Counted from the first letter of the stretch, positions 28,489 through 38,246 are shown. The stretch is DNA of 64,000 nt from a virus (IMGVR_UViG_3300037346_000580:1-64000); one strand, 5' to 3'. The notes: a model not told the origin generated them from the letters alone. A program made the numbers and translations.

Positions 28489-28925
28489 ATCAATTTTAGT
28501 GCTTCGAGCAAACCTACTTCCATAGCTTCTTCGTATGAATTCATTTTTTCAAAAACATTTTGGCTTTTAAAGAAGAAAATATTATTTTTATTTTCAGGGA
28601 TAAATTCATAAACCTGAGCATAATAATTACCTATGTTACTTATATTCATAGTAATATGGATATTATGAATTTCTCTTAACCATTTTTGAAGTAGTGCTTG
28701 CGATGGTGCTTGTGTTGCATTCCCGCCTGCATCATATGATTCTTGAGCACCACAGCTGCAAATATTAACATCTCTAGCATCACAGTAGCATGAATATATC
28801 TCTACTAATTCATCCTTGGAATCAAAATATTGGATCTGCCTTATATTAAATCCTTTCTTGCTAGCTAGTTTAGCGGTCTCTAATTTTATTGCCTCTTCGT
28901 ACATTTCCATTTCTTTATCCCACAA
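28485..28925 (-). CDS. Member B of the same family (146 aa), in tandem with member A.
   Basis: ETAKLASKKGF ... LLQKWLREIHNIHI ... SYEEAMEVGLLEALKLI. Confidence 0.6.
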   Translation of the reverse strand: MWDKEMEMYEEAIKLETAKLASKKGFNIRQIQYFDSKDELVEIYSCYCDARDVNICSCGAQESYDAGGNATQAPSQALLQKWLREIHNIHITMNISNIGNYYAQVYEFIPENKNNIFFFKSQNVFEKMNSYEEAMEVGLLEALKLI

Positions 28926-28954
28926 ATATATAAAATTCTTTCGAATAAAAAAAA
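28921..28954 (-). promoter_or_regulatory. Conserved promoter motif instance (CACAAATATATAAAATTCTTTCGAATAAAAAAAA), fused to terminator hairpin 28947-28980.
   Basis: Motif family. Confidence 0.5.
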
Positions 28955-29000
28955 TCCTGAATGATATATTCAGGATTTTTGATCTATATTTTCTGGTGCA

Positions 29001-30749
29001 TTATTGAATTTTTAAACGTTCTCTAATCTCAGTTAGACTCACCTGATTGTGGAATTTACCATCCTCGTAGATTAAAACCAATAATCCAGATTCTTCTTGT
29101 TCCTTGGTACATTCAGTATTTACTTCCAATTGATCTTTCCCGTCATACTTGATCTCATAAGGTAAAGCATCAGGTCTGTTATTAAAGACCTGACAGAAAC
29201 CTTTTAATGATTTTTTAGTACCGTTGTCTGTTATTGGATCTTTATAGATATTATATTCGGTTGTAATATAATCAGTTTGTCCATCAGGATCAACACCTGC
29301 AAATTCTTTAGTTGAAAACCAAGAACCCTTAGCCGCATATCCAGCAGAGTCCCGGGTTAGCATAACATATGTATAAGAGCCAACACCAACCACTATGTTC
29401 GTAGATGCAAATATTTTAGATGCTAATCTTGTATAGATAGCAATTTGTCTTTCCAAGTTGATTGAATCTCCATAGATTGCTCCAATGTGTGGATCTAATA
29501 CTTTAAATCCTTGTTCATTAATAGTACCACCAAAAATGTTCCAAAGTAATTCTATTACCCCTTTAAATTCAGATTCATTTATAATTTTATCACCAAATTT
29601 ATGAACATTATTTCCATAGATTTTATTATGTAAATCCTTAAAATCCTTTACCCTATCACTTAAGCTAGGGTTTGAATTAATGCCACAGATAATATCTACC
29701 GGGTCCCCTGAGTCGGGACGAATTACCAATTTCCCATCTCTTGCAAGAATTTCTTTCTTAAGTCTTGGCAGAATGTGTGTGATGACTTTCCATAAATCCA
29801 TTGTATCAGAAACCACTGAAAGTATTCCCTTAGGAAATTTTTTCAACCAATCACGAAGATTGAGTAACTCTGCAATTGCTAGATAGTCTGGGTTATCAAT
29901 GGATCCATCGGAAGGAGAATCAGATTCATAGTATTTTAGAATTTCATGGTTTAGTAAACCTGATTTTAATTTTTTCTCATAGAAGAAAATACCAGTACAA
30001 GTCACACTGTGTTCTGAAGCATTAACACTATAAACTGGAACATCATTTTCGTCAAAATCATAATAGTATCTTGATGCTGGGATAACATTTAGTGTGTCAC
30101 TACCTGAATTACTCATTGCGTGTCCTAATCCAACTGCGATTGAAGTAAATGGATTACCACCTCTGCTGTGGAAATCGTGACACATGAAATCAGCTAGCCA
30201 AAGATTTTCTGGATCTGTTTTAGTAACCCACTCAACAGCATTCTGTTTGAATCTATGTGCAATAGTAGCAGCTGTAGGTAATTGCCAAGCTAATTTAGAC
30301 ACCAGTGTTTCTAAATAAAGCCCAAGCCAAGCATAGCCATCAACTGTATTGATCCCTGTCATATGTGGGATATTTGGTTTTGTGAATGTTCCTTCAGGGA
30401 TGGCCTTGATTTTAACTGGAAGGTAACCAAGTTTATGTAGTTCGGAGAAGTGGCCAGCTTCATAATCCATCATAAGATACTTTGACATATCTCTACCGAA
30501 TCTTTCTGCCACCTCAACTGGTTGGTCAAAGAATAACTCCTGGAAGTTACTATGAATGTATCTCCATACCAACTGTTCTCCTGCTGACATAATGCCATCA
30601 ATTGATGGGTGCATATATTTTATGCTTCTGGGAATCCAGGTCCAATACTCAATCGATGTGTTTTCAGCCAACATTGCTTTGTGACCAACTTTGTAACCAT
30701 CCGATTCGTAGAGAGGGTTGATTTTAAACGTCTTGTTTAATTTTTCCAT
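29001..30749 (-). CDS. nadV: Nicotinamide phosphoribosyltransferase (NAMPT/NadV) family enzyme, 582 aa. Could alternatively be the ADPR-PP-utilising Namat variant.
   Basis: SDGYKVGH near the N-terminus (the DSYK(V)TH motif) and HSRGGNPFTSIAVGLGHAMSNSGSDT (the GSRG...GTDT motif of NAMPT). Confidence 0.75.
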   Translation of the reverse strand: MEKLNKTFKINPLYESDGYKVGHKAMLAENTSIEYWTWIPRSIKYMHPSIDGIMSAGEQLVWRYIHSNFQELFFDQPVEVAERFGRDMSKYLMMDYEAGHFSELHKLGYLPVKIKAIPEGTFTKPNIPHMTGINTVDGYAWLGLYLETLVSKLAWQLPTAATIAHRFKQNAVEWVTKTDPENLWLADFMCHDFHSRGGNPFTSIAVGLGHAMSNSGSDTLNVIPASRYYYDFDENDVPVYSVNASEHSVTCTGIFFYEKKLKSGLLNHEILKYYESDSPSDGSIDNPDYLAIAELLNLRDWLKKFPKGILSVVSDTMDLWKVITHILPRLKKEILARDGKLVIRPDSGDPVDIICGINSNPSLSDRVKDFKDLHNKIYGNNVHKFGDKIINESEFKGVIELLWNIFGGTINEQGFKVLDPHIGAIYGDSINLERQIAIYTRLASKIFASTNIVVGVGSYTYVMLTRDSAGYAAKGSWFSTKEFAGVDPDGQTDYITTEYNIYKDPITDNGTKKSLKGFCQVFNNRPDALPYEIKYDGKDQLEVNTECTKEQEESGLLVLIYEDGKFHNQVSLTEIRERLKIQ

Positions 30750-30763
30750 TTTTATTAATTATT

Positions 30764-31222
30764 TTATTTTTCCTCAATTATTTCTAAATCTTCAGCACTG
30801 AATTCAAAAATGGTCTCCCTATCAACGAAGGTTGATTTATTATCTTTAAACCATTTTATAAATTTTCTTCTATAGTAAGCAGTGTACGGATCTATAGAAA
30901 ATATTCCACTGTGTATGTAACTCATCCCATCACCGAGTAATCTTATTGAATCTATATTCTCGTTCTCGTTCCCGTCTTTGTACATAAATACAATCGATAA
31001 ATTTGTGAATTTTGGGATGCTTGAAAATTTACCAACAAGATCTTTTCTGGAGAAGTGATAAAATCCGGATGATTGCCAGTTGAATTTATATTCACCGCTG
31101 GTAAGAAGATCATAATTTTCTTTGTATTTGTAGAAGTTCCTGCAGTTTATTAATGTTCCTACTAGGACCATTAATAAAAATGCAAAGATCGTGCTAAATA
31201 TAATTGCTGCTGGTAATGTCAT
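30764..31222 (-). CDS. N-terminally membrane-anchored protein (152 aa), paralogue of 31224..31616.
   Basis: TM helix. Shared C-terminal motif IRLLGDGMSYIHSGIFSIDPYTAYYRRKFIK. Confidence 0.5.
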   Translation of the reverse strand: MTLPAAIIFSTIFAFLLMVLVGTLINCRNFYKYKENYDLLTSGEYKFNWQSSGFYHFSRKDLVGKFSSIPKFTNLSIVFMYKDGNENENIDSIRLLGDGMSYIHSGIFSIDPYTAYYRRKFIKWFKDNKSTFVDRETIFEFSAEDLEIIEEK

Positions 31223-31223
31223 A

Positions 31224-31616
31224 TTAAAGTGATTTTATATTGTCGTTTCGATTTTCCTTCATTACCTTTCTAATTTTATTTTTCCAGTAGAGAGTATATG
31301 GATCCAGATATATGAATGATGCTTTATGAATGTATTTATTTTTACCTAATAGCTTTATTGATCCCTCACCATTATCAAAGAATAATATTTCATCATCGTT
31401 GAATGCGTTGTCACCAGGTCTTCTAAAATGGACGAGGTTACTGTACTTGCTAAGATATTCATTATAAACATAATCACCCACTAATAAGGCATTGTATGTT
31501 AATTTATAGGATGGATAATTGTCTCGGAGCGTTAGAAATGCGGCAAAACCAAAAATGAATAGGAAAGATCCCATTGCTATTAATACTGAATAAATTAAAG
31601 AAATTGTTGTTGACAT
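31224..31616 (-). CDS. N-terminally membrane-anchored protein (130 aa), paralogue of 30764..31222.
   Basis: IKLLGKNKYIHKASFIYLDPYTLYWKNKIRK. Confidence 0.5.
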   Translation of the reverse strand: MSTTISLIYSVLIAMGSFLFIFGFAAFLTLRDNYPSYKLTYNALLVGDYVYNEYLSKYSNLVHFRRPGDNAFNDDEILFFDNGEGSIKLLGKNKYIHKASFIYLDPYTLYWKNKIRKVMKENRNDNIKSL

Positions 31617-31693
31617 GTTTATATTTGTTGATTATAAATTAATTCTCTATCGTTTGGCTGGATTATTGCTTTTTTCATTGTACTTTTAATTAT

Positions 31694-31747
31694 AGGGTAA
31701 ATATAAACAAAAATTCCGAATAAAAAAAATTTATTCGGAATTTTTTA
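31694..31747 (-). promoter_or_regulatory. Conserved promoter motif (variant GTAAATATAAAC) fused to bidirectional hairpin terminator TTCCGAATAAA-A5-TTTATTCGGAA.
   Basis: Motif family plus perfect inverted repeat. Confidence 0.5.
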
Positions 31748-31748
31748 T

Positions 31749-32081
31749 CTAACAATCGATATATCTTATTTCGATCCCATTTTTAACCGCATATTCTATC
31801 TCTTCTGCAACCCCTCTTGAGTGATTCCAACCCTCCATCTTGCAGACATGTAGTTCGTCACATTTATTGAGAAACGTCAAACAAAAGTTTTGCCAGAATA
31901 CCCAGTCTGTTGGCATAGATTTAAACCCCACTAGTGTGTGTCCATATGTTATGGGTGAAAAAGCTACGTGTCCTTCTGAACATAAATCCGCTGCTATTTC
32001 TGATATTTTTTCAAAGTTTTCTTCTCGCTTCTTATCATCTGGATGACTATACGGGGAAGCTAGGTAAATTATTTTACTCAT
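31749..32081 (-). CDS. Second nucleoside 2-deoxyribosyltransferase-fold (DUF4406/NDT-like) protein (IIYLASPYSH ... EGHVAFSP).
   Basis: YLA(G/S)PYS N-terminal signature of the NDT-like fold. Confidence 0.45.
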   Translation of the reverse strand: MSKIIYLASPYSHPDDKKREENFEKISEIAADLCSEGHVAFSPITYGHTLVGFKSMPTDWVFWQNFCLTFLNKCDELHVCKMEGWNHSRGVAEEIEYAVKNGIEIRYIDC

Positions 32082-32411
32082 TTAAAAATCCATTAAATTA
32101 TCTAATTCTTTAAGTGTCATGAAGTTCGGTGTCTCATTTTCAATCTGGATCCTTGCATATGTTGTGTATGTTGGATACCCTGTATGCCCACACCCTCCTA
32201 TAGGATCTTCCAATTCCTCCAATGTATATGTCACCCATAAATCGGAATCATTTCTATTGGAATATTCGTATATAAGTTCAATGTCATTTTTGTCGGATGG
32301 ATGTATTTGATATAGTGATTTTTGGCATACCACATCTATATCGTTACATTTCCCACAACATGATATAACACACCACATAAAACCATCTTTTTTGATAAGA
32401 CCTCTTAGCAT
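32082..32411 (-). CDS. Cys-rich hypothetical protein (109 aa).
   Basis: ORF. Confidence 0.4.
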   Translation of the reverse strand: MLRGLIKKDGFMWCVISCCGKCNDIDVVCQKSLYQIHPSDKNDIELIYEYSNRNDSDLWVTYTLEELEDPIGGCGHTGYPTYTTYARIQIENETPNFMTLKELDNLMDF

Positions 32412-32680
32412 TTGTAAAGACCACCATCTTCATCCCTCCCCGGGAATCCATTATTTTTCCCTGTGAATCCTGGATTAACTTCGAAATTGTGTTCTTTGCC
32501 AAGATCCGCTAACGAAGGATTGGTTTTTTTTGGTTGTTCCGCCTCATGTTCAAAAAGACCATTTAGTTTTTTCTTAATAGTATTTGTTTGATCAACTGTT
32601 AGGCTGTCACCTGCAGCTGCAAGAAATCCATCCAACCAAACTACGAATGTTTGAAGCTTATTCATCGTCTCCGTCTTCAA
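32405..32680 (-). CDS. Small protein (91 aa), paralogue of 32873..33109 (FVVWLDGFL... / FCFWLQGFF...).
   Basis: Shared N-terminal motif. Confidence 0.4.
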   Translation of the reverse strand: MKTETMNKLQTFVVWLDGFLAAAGDSLTVDQTNTIKKKLNGLFEHEAEQPKKTNPSLADLGKEHNFEVNPGFTGKNNGFPGRDEDGGLYKC

Positions 32681-32861
32681 AAATTATACCCTCGTTATCT
32701 ATTAGAATGTCGTCAGCTATATCAGCAAGCACCTCAGGTGCTTCAATAAGAGCATCATCATCCTGCATAATCATCTCGCCAATTCCATGCTTTTCGAAAT
32801 ATGCTGTCAATTTATTAATTGCAGCTTCCTTCTTTTCTGGTGTCCAAACTACTTTAATCAT
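32658..32861 (-). CDS. Small acidic protein (67 aa).
   Basis: ORF. Confidence 0.35.
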   Translation of the reverse strand: MIKVVWTPEKKEAAINKLTAYFEKHGIGEMIMQDDDALIEAPEVLADIADDILIDNEGIIFEDGDDE

Positions 32862-32872
32862 TTTGATTTATT

Positions 32873-33109
32873 TTAACATTTTACTAATATGTTTCCTGGG
32901 TTATCCCTTTTTTTCTTTGGTGTACCGTCATGGATAGCTTGCATTTCGTCCTGCACGGCAGCATCATCTGAATATGATGGATCTATCTCATGATAGAAAA
33001 CCAATTTTAAATGATTCTTAATTATTTCCACCTGTCTAGGAGTTAATTGCTCGGTTTCTGACAGTTCAAAAAATCCCTGTAACCAGAAACAAAATTCTAC
33101 TGATTTCAT
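32873..33109 (-). CDS. Small protein (78 aa), paralogue of 32405..32680.
   Basis: Shared motif. Confidence 0.4.
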   Translation of the reverse strand: MKSVEFCFWLQGFFELSETEQLTPRQVEIIKNHLKLVFYHEIDPSYSDDAAVQDEMQAIHDGTPKKKRDNPGNILVKC

Positions 33110-33164
33110 TATTTTAAAATTTTAAAAATTATGCCACTATTAATTTTTTTACATCACCTATCAT

Positions 33165-33854
33165 TTATTTTTCTCTATTTTCTTTATTAATAATTGCTCG
33201 TGCATTTTTTAAAAGATTTAACATTTCTTCTGAAACAATTTCAGTATGTTCATATTTTTTAGTAATACTATTCCATCTTGTATTTTCGGTATAATAATTC
33301 CGAAATTTATGACATTTTAATAATGCAATGTGCCAATCTAAATCTTTACTTAAATAAATTAAATGCTTTTTATAAAAAACAATAACCTGTGCAAATTCAC
33401 TTTTATTAAACTTACATTCATTCATACGCATTAACACTCTTTTTTTGAGTTCTCTTGCTGGTGCAGTATCCTTTTCTTGATGATTAGAATACATTCTAAT
33501 TACATCAACTATAGAACTTTCTGTAGTATCTAAGTCATTAAGAATGGACTTTAATTGTAAATTTCTTTGATTCTCAAGTTTTTCAGCTAATTCTATAAAT
33601 TCAGTATAGCCAGTCTCCTGTATTTCCATCAGAAGATCTACAATAAGCACATCAACATTTAACTCCTTACAGCATTTTATTGCATTTTCTTCAGTCAATT
33701 GAACTCCTGTCTCAATAAGATCCAGTGCTCTATCGAATCCTTTTTCTGTTATTATAGGTCCACCTTCTATGAACCCTCCCTCCCTCAATTTGTTACACCA
33801 GTAAACAAATAGGATTGCTTGATCCTTAAGATTCTCGAAGCTCATTCTTAACAA
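33165..33854 (-). CDS. Hypothetical protein (229 aa).
   Basis: ORF. Confidence 0.5.
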   Translation of the reverse strand: MLRMSFENLKDQAILFVYWCNKLREGGFIEGGPIITEKGFDRALDLIETGVQLTEENAIKCCKELNVDVLIVDLLMEIQETGYTEFIELAEKLENQRNLQLKSILNDLDTTESSIVDVIRMYSNHQEKDTAPARELKKRVLMRMNECKFNKSEFAQVIVFYKKHLIYLSKDLDWHIALLKCHKFRNYYTENTRWNSITKKYEHTEIVSEEMLNLLKNARAIINKENREK

Positions 33855-34302
33855 GTGTTAATGCTTGACCTAATAAATTTAGGCCCAGCCAATATGATGG
33901 ATTCTCTACATTTTCTGCATTCTCATCAAGGCCAATACCCCAAATTTTATCAAATGGTGATGCCTCAACGAAAAATCTATTACCTGTCAATAACATTTCT
34001 TTCTTTAAGCCCTCGTTCTGTGAGAATTTTGCAAGATTTCCCTCGTATACAATGGCCAAGCAATTTGCTTCCCATACTCCTTTATCAAAATTTTTGATCA
34101 TCCTGCCAAACTTTTTTTGTTCTTTTGGATTTTTCTCCTCCATGATCTTTTCAGCAATATCATCATCACCGAATAACAATGCTTTTTGGTGCATCATATA
34201 TTGCTCGCATGAATTATATTCTATTCTACCAATGGTCATATTTGATTTATGCCATTGTGAGTAAATCCCATTCCAGAAAAATACGTATTTATCTGTTGTC
34301 AT
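33826..34302 (-). CDS. NADAR (DUF1768/YbiA-like) domain protein, a putative ADP-ribosyl / N-glycoside hydrolase.
   Basis: FFWNGIYSQWH ... EQYMMHQKALLFGD ... LLTGNRFFVEASPFDKIWGIG matches the NADAR signature (FxW...SNW, EQYxMxxKA, LxxTGxxxLVExSPxDxxWGxG). Confidence 0.7.
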   Translation of the reverse strand: MTTDKYVFFWNGIYSQWHKSNMTIGRIEYNSCEQYMMHQKALLFGDDDIAEKIMEEKNPKEQKKFGRMIKNFDKGVWEANCLAIVYEGNLAKFSQNEGLKKEMLLTGNRFFVEASPFDKIWGIGLDENAENVENPSYWLGLNLLGQALTLVKNELRES

Positions 34303-34690
34303 ATTTTAAGTATATTTTAGTGTAATATTCATCCGGATTAGAAAGATCCTCGAATATTGCGGTTTCTATTTTAACTTTTTTGAGGTCACATTTTAAAGAC
34401 TCGCATTTTTTCATGATTGAGCTTAATTTTGAATCCTTAATTTCTATTCTCTGCATAACCTCGTATTGAATTAGTAATAAAAGGTTAGCCACGTTCCCTC
34501 TCGTTGGTCTGAATTCATTTTAACATCGGACCATCCGGCTGAGATGTATCTAGTTTTCAATAAATTAAAATGCTTACTATTCATTCCTAATGGAACATCT
34601 AGGTTGATGGTCTCACCCTTCTCTATTGAATTTTTGGATAGTTTTTCGTCCAATTTAAACTCAAAATCCTCGACCTCCCTGATGAATGCT

Positions 34691-35797
34691 TTATTTAGAT
34701 ATTCCGGTGATATTGCCATGGCTTGGTCCGTATTTATGAGTTTGATCGTTTATCATTGTAATTGTTCCTGTTGTTAGAGTTTTTAAGGTCTCCTTAAAAA
34801 CTTGTATAGCCGCCGCTACGTCATCTTTATGAACCATCTCTACTGTAGTATGCATATACTTCAATGGGCTAGCTATGATTGCCGTAGGGATGTTTTCAAG
34901 AAAGAATGAAACTGTGTCGTTACCATAAGAGCCAACTGATAGTTGCATAGGGATTTCTTTTTTCTTAGCAGCCTCCCTCACAATACCAATTAAATCCTTG
35001 TGGTTTTGTGACGAGTACTCGATAACCGGACCTGCACCTCCTTTAATGTCACCAGATTTTGCTTTGTTCATCTTGGGTGAATTTGTATTGTGTGTCACGT
35101 CATGCACCAATGCGATGTCAGGTCTTATCGTCTGTGCAATCAATCTGGCTCCAAACAAACCAACTTCTTCTTGTACTGCGTTAACCACATAAAGATCGAA
35201 AGGTAGAGTTGTTCCCTCCTCTTTAAGTTCCCTAACAACCTCTGCAATGATGTATCCACCAATCTTATTATCCAGTGATCTACCGACATAATATTTACCC
35301 ATCTCGAAAAATTGCTGATCAAAGGTAACACAGTTACCAACTTCGATACCCATTTTTAAAACTTTCTTTGCTGAATCGACTCCAAGATCAATCCAAAGTT
35401 CATGAACTTCCGGACCCATCTCAACTCCTTTTTCTCTTACGTGAATAGCAGGCCATCCAAAAACTCCAGGTACTTTTTTATCTGTATGAGTATGAACTAT
35501 AACTGTCATCGAAGGTGCAATCATGTTGTCCGATCCTCCGTTAGTTTTAACCCTTACCATACCATTTGCTTCAATTTCAGTAACGATCCAGGAAATCTCA
35601 TCGCAATGGGCTTCGAGTACAACTTTTTTATCGCCTGTCCCTTTGATGAGTCCGTATGCTGTTCCATAAGCATCCACCCTTATTTCATTAACGATGGGTC
35701 TAACATAGTCAACCCATACCTTTTGTCCTTCAATTTCATTTCCAACTGGTGAAAATGCATTTAAGTAATCTTTTAAAAACTGTTTATTTTTTTCCAT
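34691..35797 (-). CDS. M42-family metallopeptidase (glutamyl aminopeptidase / FrvX-YsdC-like).
   Basis: Overall similarity to M42 aminopeptidases (HCDEIS, SLDNKIGG, HTTVE near the C-terminus), 368 aa. Confidence 0.55.
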   Translation of the reverse strand: MEKNKQFLKDYLNAFSPVGNEIEGQKVWVDYVRPIVNEIRVDAYGTAYGLIKGTGDKKVVLEAHCDEISWIVTEIEANGMVRVKTNGGSDNMIAPSMTVIVHTHTDKKVPGVFGWPAIHVREKGVEMGPEVHELWIDLGVDSAKKVLKMGIEVGNCVTFDQQFFEMGKYYVGRSLDNKIGGYIIAEVVRELKEEGTTLPFDLYVVNAVQEEVGLFGARLIAQTIRPDIALVHDVTHNTNSPKMNKAKSGDIKGGAGPVIEYSSQNHKDLIGIVREAAKKKEIPMQLSVGSYGNDTVSFFLENIPTAIIASPLKYMHTTVEMVHKDDVAAAIQVFKETLKTLTTGTITMINDQTHKYGPSHGNITGISK

Positions 35798-35799
35798 TT

Positions 35800-36003
35800 T
35801 TATCCTATTTCGTATTCTTTAAATATTTTTTCTATGTGAGATTCTAAAGCATCCATTGCTTTCTTGGCTTTCTTGCAAAGCTCCTTTAATTCCGGATCCT
35901 CTTCACCTTTGTAACCATAATGCTGAACCCAGTAACCAAGTCCCTCGTTGTCGATTTCTGCAAATAATTGCTCTGCTTCATCTTCATTTAATAATATTGA
36001 CAT
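35800..36003 (-). CDS. Small acidic protein (67 aa).
   Basis: ORF. Confidence 0.35.
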   Translation of the reverse strand: MSILLNEDEAEQLFAEIDNEGLGYWVQHYGYKGEEDPELKELCKKAKKAMDALESHIEKIFKEYEIG

Positions 36004-36185
36004 ATATTAGATTTTAGCTTTTAATATTCTTTTCTTTTAGTTCTAAATCCCCATTTGTACTGTGCCATCCATTCCACACCATAGTCGTCTATATAGAGAT
36101 TTACTGGCACCCCGTTACACACATCAGTAAATAATGAGCATTGGTATTTCATGGTCAATCTGCTTATAATTCTTTCTACCATTAT

Positions 36186-36785
36186 TTATTTTCCATATAT
36201 TACGATTGTTACCTTGCAATCTTTTAGTTCATCCTGAATTATTCTTCTAACCACATTAAAATCTCCACCTGCCAAACCGCAGCCAATCTGGGGTAACCCA
36301 ACATGTCTACCTTTGAATTGATGATTTATTTTCCTCATGCATAGTCTAAGTGCATCATAATCAAGGGGTCTAGCTGTTCCTCCCTCGTGATTTAAACCAA
36401 ATCCGTACTGAGTATATGAATTAACAACAGCTAAATCAAATTCGGCTATATCAAATTCGTTAGTTCCACTTGTGTATGTATTGACTTTCCAATCAATCTG
36501 ACCAAGTTTATTGTAATCACCTCTTTTACCCATGCCAATTTCCAATGGAAACTTATCACAGCCAAAAGCCTTAGCCATCTGTGGTGCTATCCCTGCTCCC
36601 ATCGTTGAAAAACAGTTGCAGCCGTGCGAGATTACCTGGAATTTTCCATGTTTTGCCATGGCTACCAGATCGCCAACAACCTCTCTGTATGCCGGATGTA
36701 TAGGTTCGTTCCTTGAATCCTCATGCAAACAGTACTTGTTGCATTCACCATCACAATACATGCAACCTCTAGCTCCCTTGCCCAT
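36186..36785 (-). CDS. Macro-domain protein of the TARG1/OARD1 type (ADP-ribose glycohydrolase-like) with an N-terminal Cys cluster.
   Basis: ISHGCNCFSTMGAGIA resembles the HCISEDCRMGAGIA core of TARG1-type macro domains. GLAGGDF C-terminal glycine loop. Confidence 0.55.
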   Translation of the reverse strand: MGKGARGCMYCDGECNKYCLHEDSRNEPIHPAYREVVGDLVAMAKHGKFQVISHGCNCFSTMGAGIAPQMAKAFGCDKFPLEIGMGKRGDYNKLGQIDWKVNTYTSGTNEFDIAEFDLAVVNSYTQYGFGLNHEGGTARPLDYDALRLCMRKINHQFKGRHVGLPQIGCGLAGGDFNVVRRIIQDELKDCKVTIVIYGK

Positions 36786-37090
36786 TATTTAATATCTTCT
36801 GATTTAGTTGTCCCATTCTTGCTGATGTGAACAACTATATTATCTAGTGTTTCCTTTGTCCCCTCCTTGTAGCCCTTCTGTCTTGAATTAGCAGATATAC
36901 AGGCAACCCCGATTGATAATAAAAACCAACCTATTGCATTTAGAGGAGAATGCATCTTAATATTAAAAGGGAAGAACGAGATCTCAGTATCTCCGATGAA
37001 TAGGAATCCCATTATTAATACCAATCCTATGATTATAATTTCTAACATGTTTTTCATTTTATTTGATTTTGTAAATGTACAAAGTGTCAA
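36785..37090 (-). CDS. Small membrane protein (101 aa).
   Basis: ORF. Two hydrophobic helices. Confidence 0.4.
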   Translation of the reverse strand: MTLCTFTKSNKMKNMLEIIIIGLVLIMGFLFIGDTEISFFPFNIKMHSPLNAIGWFLLSIGVACISANSRQKGYKEGTKETLDNIVVHISKNGTTKSEDIK

Positions 37091-37271
37091 CCTTTTTACC
37101 GTCTGTTGTTAATTTAGTCATTGGTTCTATTCTGGTTTTAGACTCGATATAACCGTTGTCGTCCCAGATAGTTTTGCCGATAAAAACACCAATGCTTATC
37201 GCAAGAGCAAAAACAAAAATTATAACTATTGCCATTCCTGTGAATAGGCCTTCCGCTGGATTTCCCATCAT
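37059..37271 (-). CDS. Small membrane protein (70 aa).
   Basis: ORF. One TM helix. Confidence 0.35.
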   Translation of the reverse strand: MMGNPAEGLFTGMAIVIIFVFALAISIGVFIGKTIWDDNGYIESKTRIEPMTKLTTDGKKVDTLYIYKIK

Positions 37272-37273
37272 GT

Positions 37274-38179
37274 TTATATTACTTTAAATTGTTTAAGTTT
37301 ATGAAGCTCGTTATCATTTTTTAATGAAAATTCTGGATTGCTAATATCAACATAACTGTTTGTTGTGTAAATACAATCAAAATGGTCATTCAGTGGTTTT
37401 AACCCTGCTGAGAATATCCCATGTGTTACAACCAGAAATATTTTACCTGTTGCTCCCATTACTCTAGCTGCTTTAGCAATCTCAATAAAGGTTCTTCCGC
37501 CGTCACAAATATCATCCAGTATGAATAAGTCCTTATCTAGATCCTCTTTTTTTAAAGGCACCTCTGTGTGGGTAATTTTACCAGTTTTAACGTCACGATG
37601 TTTGGAGGCTATGATAACGTCGTTTTTGTATTCGATGCTCTCTGCAACATCATAAACCTTTTTGAGAGCTCCTGCATCGGGAGAAATTAAACGCATCTTT
37701 GAGTAATCGGATGACCCGTTATTGAAATAGTCTGTAAAGACAAATGTGATTAATCCTCCAGTATATTGGGTTAACTTTTTGAAGTTTCCGATACAAGCCT
37801 CAGACACGTCTGAGTGCGGATCAAGTATTGTTACCTTGGAAAATCCTTGTGAGTTAATAATAGGAGCAAGAACCTCCTTAATATAATTAACACTACCTGT
37901 TTCAAATTTCCTGTCAGATCTTGCACCTAATAAATAGCTTATCTCGAGTGATGTTTCTTTAACCCCAAGCTCCCTAAGAGCTTTATTTGCACAAACGATA
38001 AGTTCAAGATCCAGAAATGAATCTATTCTTGATTTTATTGACACTGACTCAATTTTCTCAAACATATCATATTTAAGAACTTCTCCCTCTAATATTGTGA
38101 TCGACTGCTGTCCATCAGGAAATTTGGAGACTTTAAATTTGATACTGTAGTTGCACGGTTCTGAAAGATTTAATATCAT
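37274..38179 (-). CDS. prs: Ribose-phosphate pyrophosphokinase (PRPP synthetase) family protein. Could be the ADPR-pyrophosphate synthetase (Adps) variant.
   Basis: FPDGQ, ILDPHSD, ISPDAGALK and the PRPP-binding motif ILDDICDGGRTF align with E. coli Prs FSDGE, VDLHAEQ, VSPDIGGV and LVDDMIDTGGTL. Confidence 0.75.
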   Translation of the reverse strand: MILNLSEPCNYSIKFKVSKFPDGQQSITILEGEVLKYDMFEKIESVSIKSRIDSFLDLELIVCANKALRELGVKETSLEISYLLGARSDRKFETGSVNYIKEVLAPIINSQGFSKVTILDPHSDVSEACIGNFKKLTQYTGGLITFVFTDYFNNGSSDYSKMRLISPDAGALKKVYDVAESIEYKNDVIIASKHRDVKTGKITHTEVPLKKEDLDKDLFILDDICDGGRTFIEIAKAARVMGATGKIFLVVTHGIFSAGLKPLNDHFDCIYTTNSYVDISNPEFSLKNDNELHKLKQFKVI

Positions 38180-38246
38180 TATTTTTGTTTTTTAGCCCAT
38201 TCTATAGTGGGACAATATTTATAATATGTTGCTTTTGTAAATTCAA

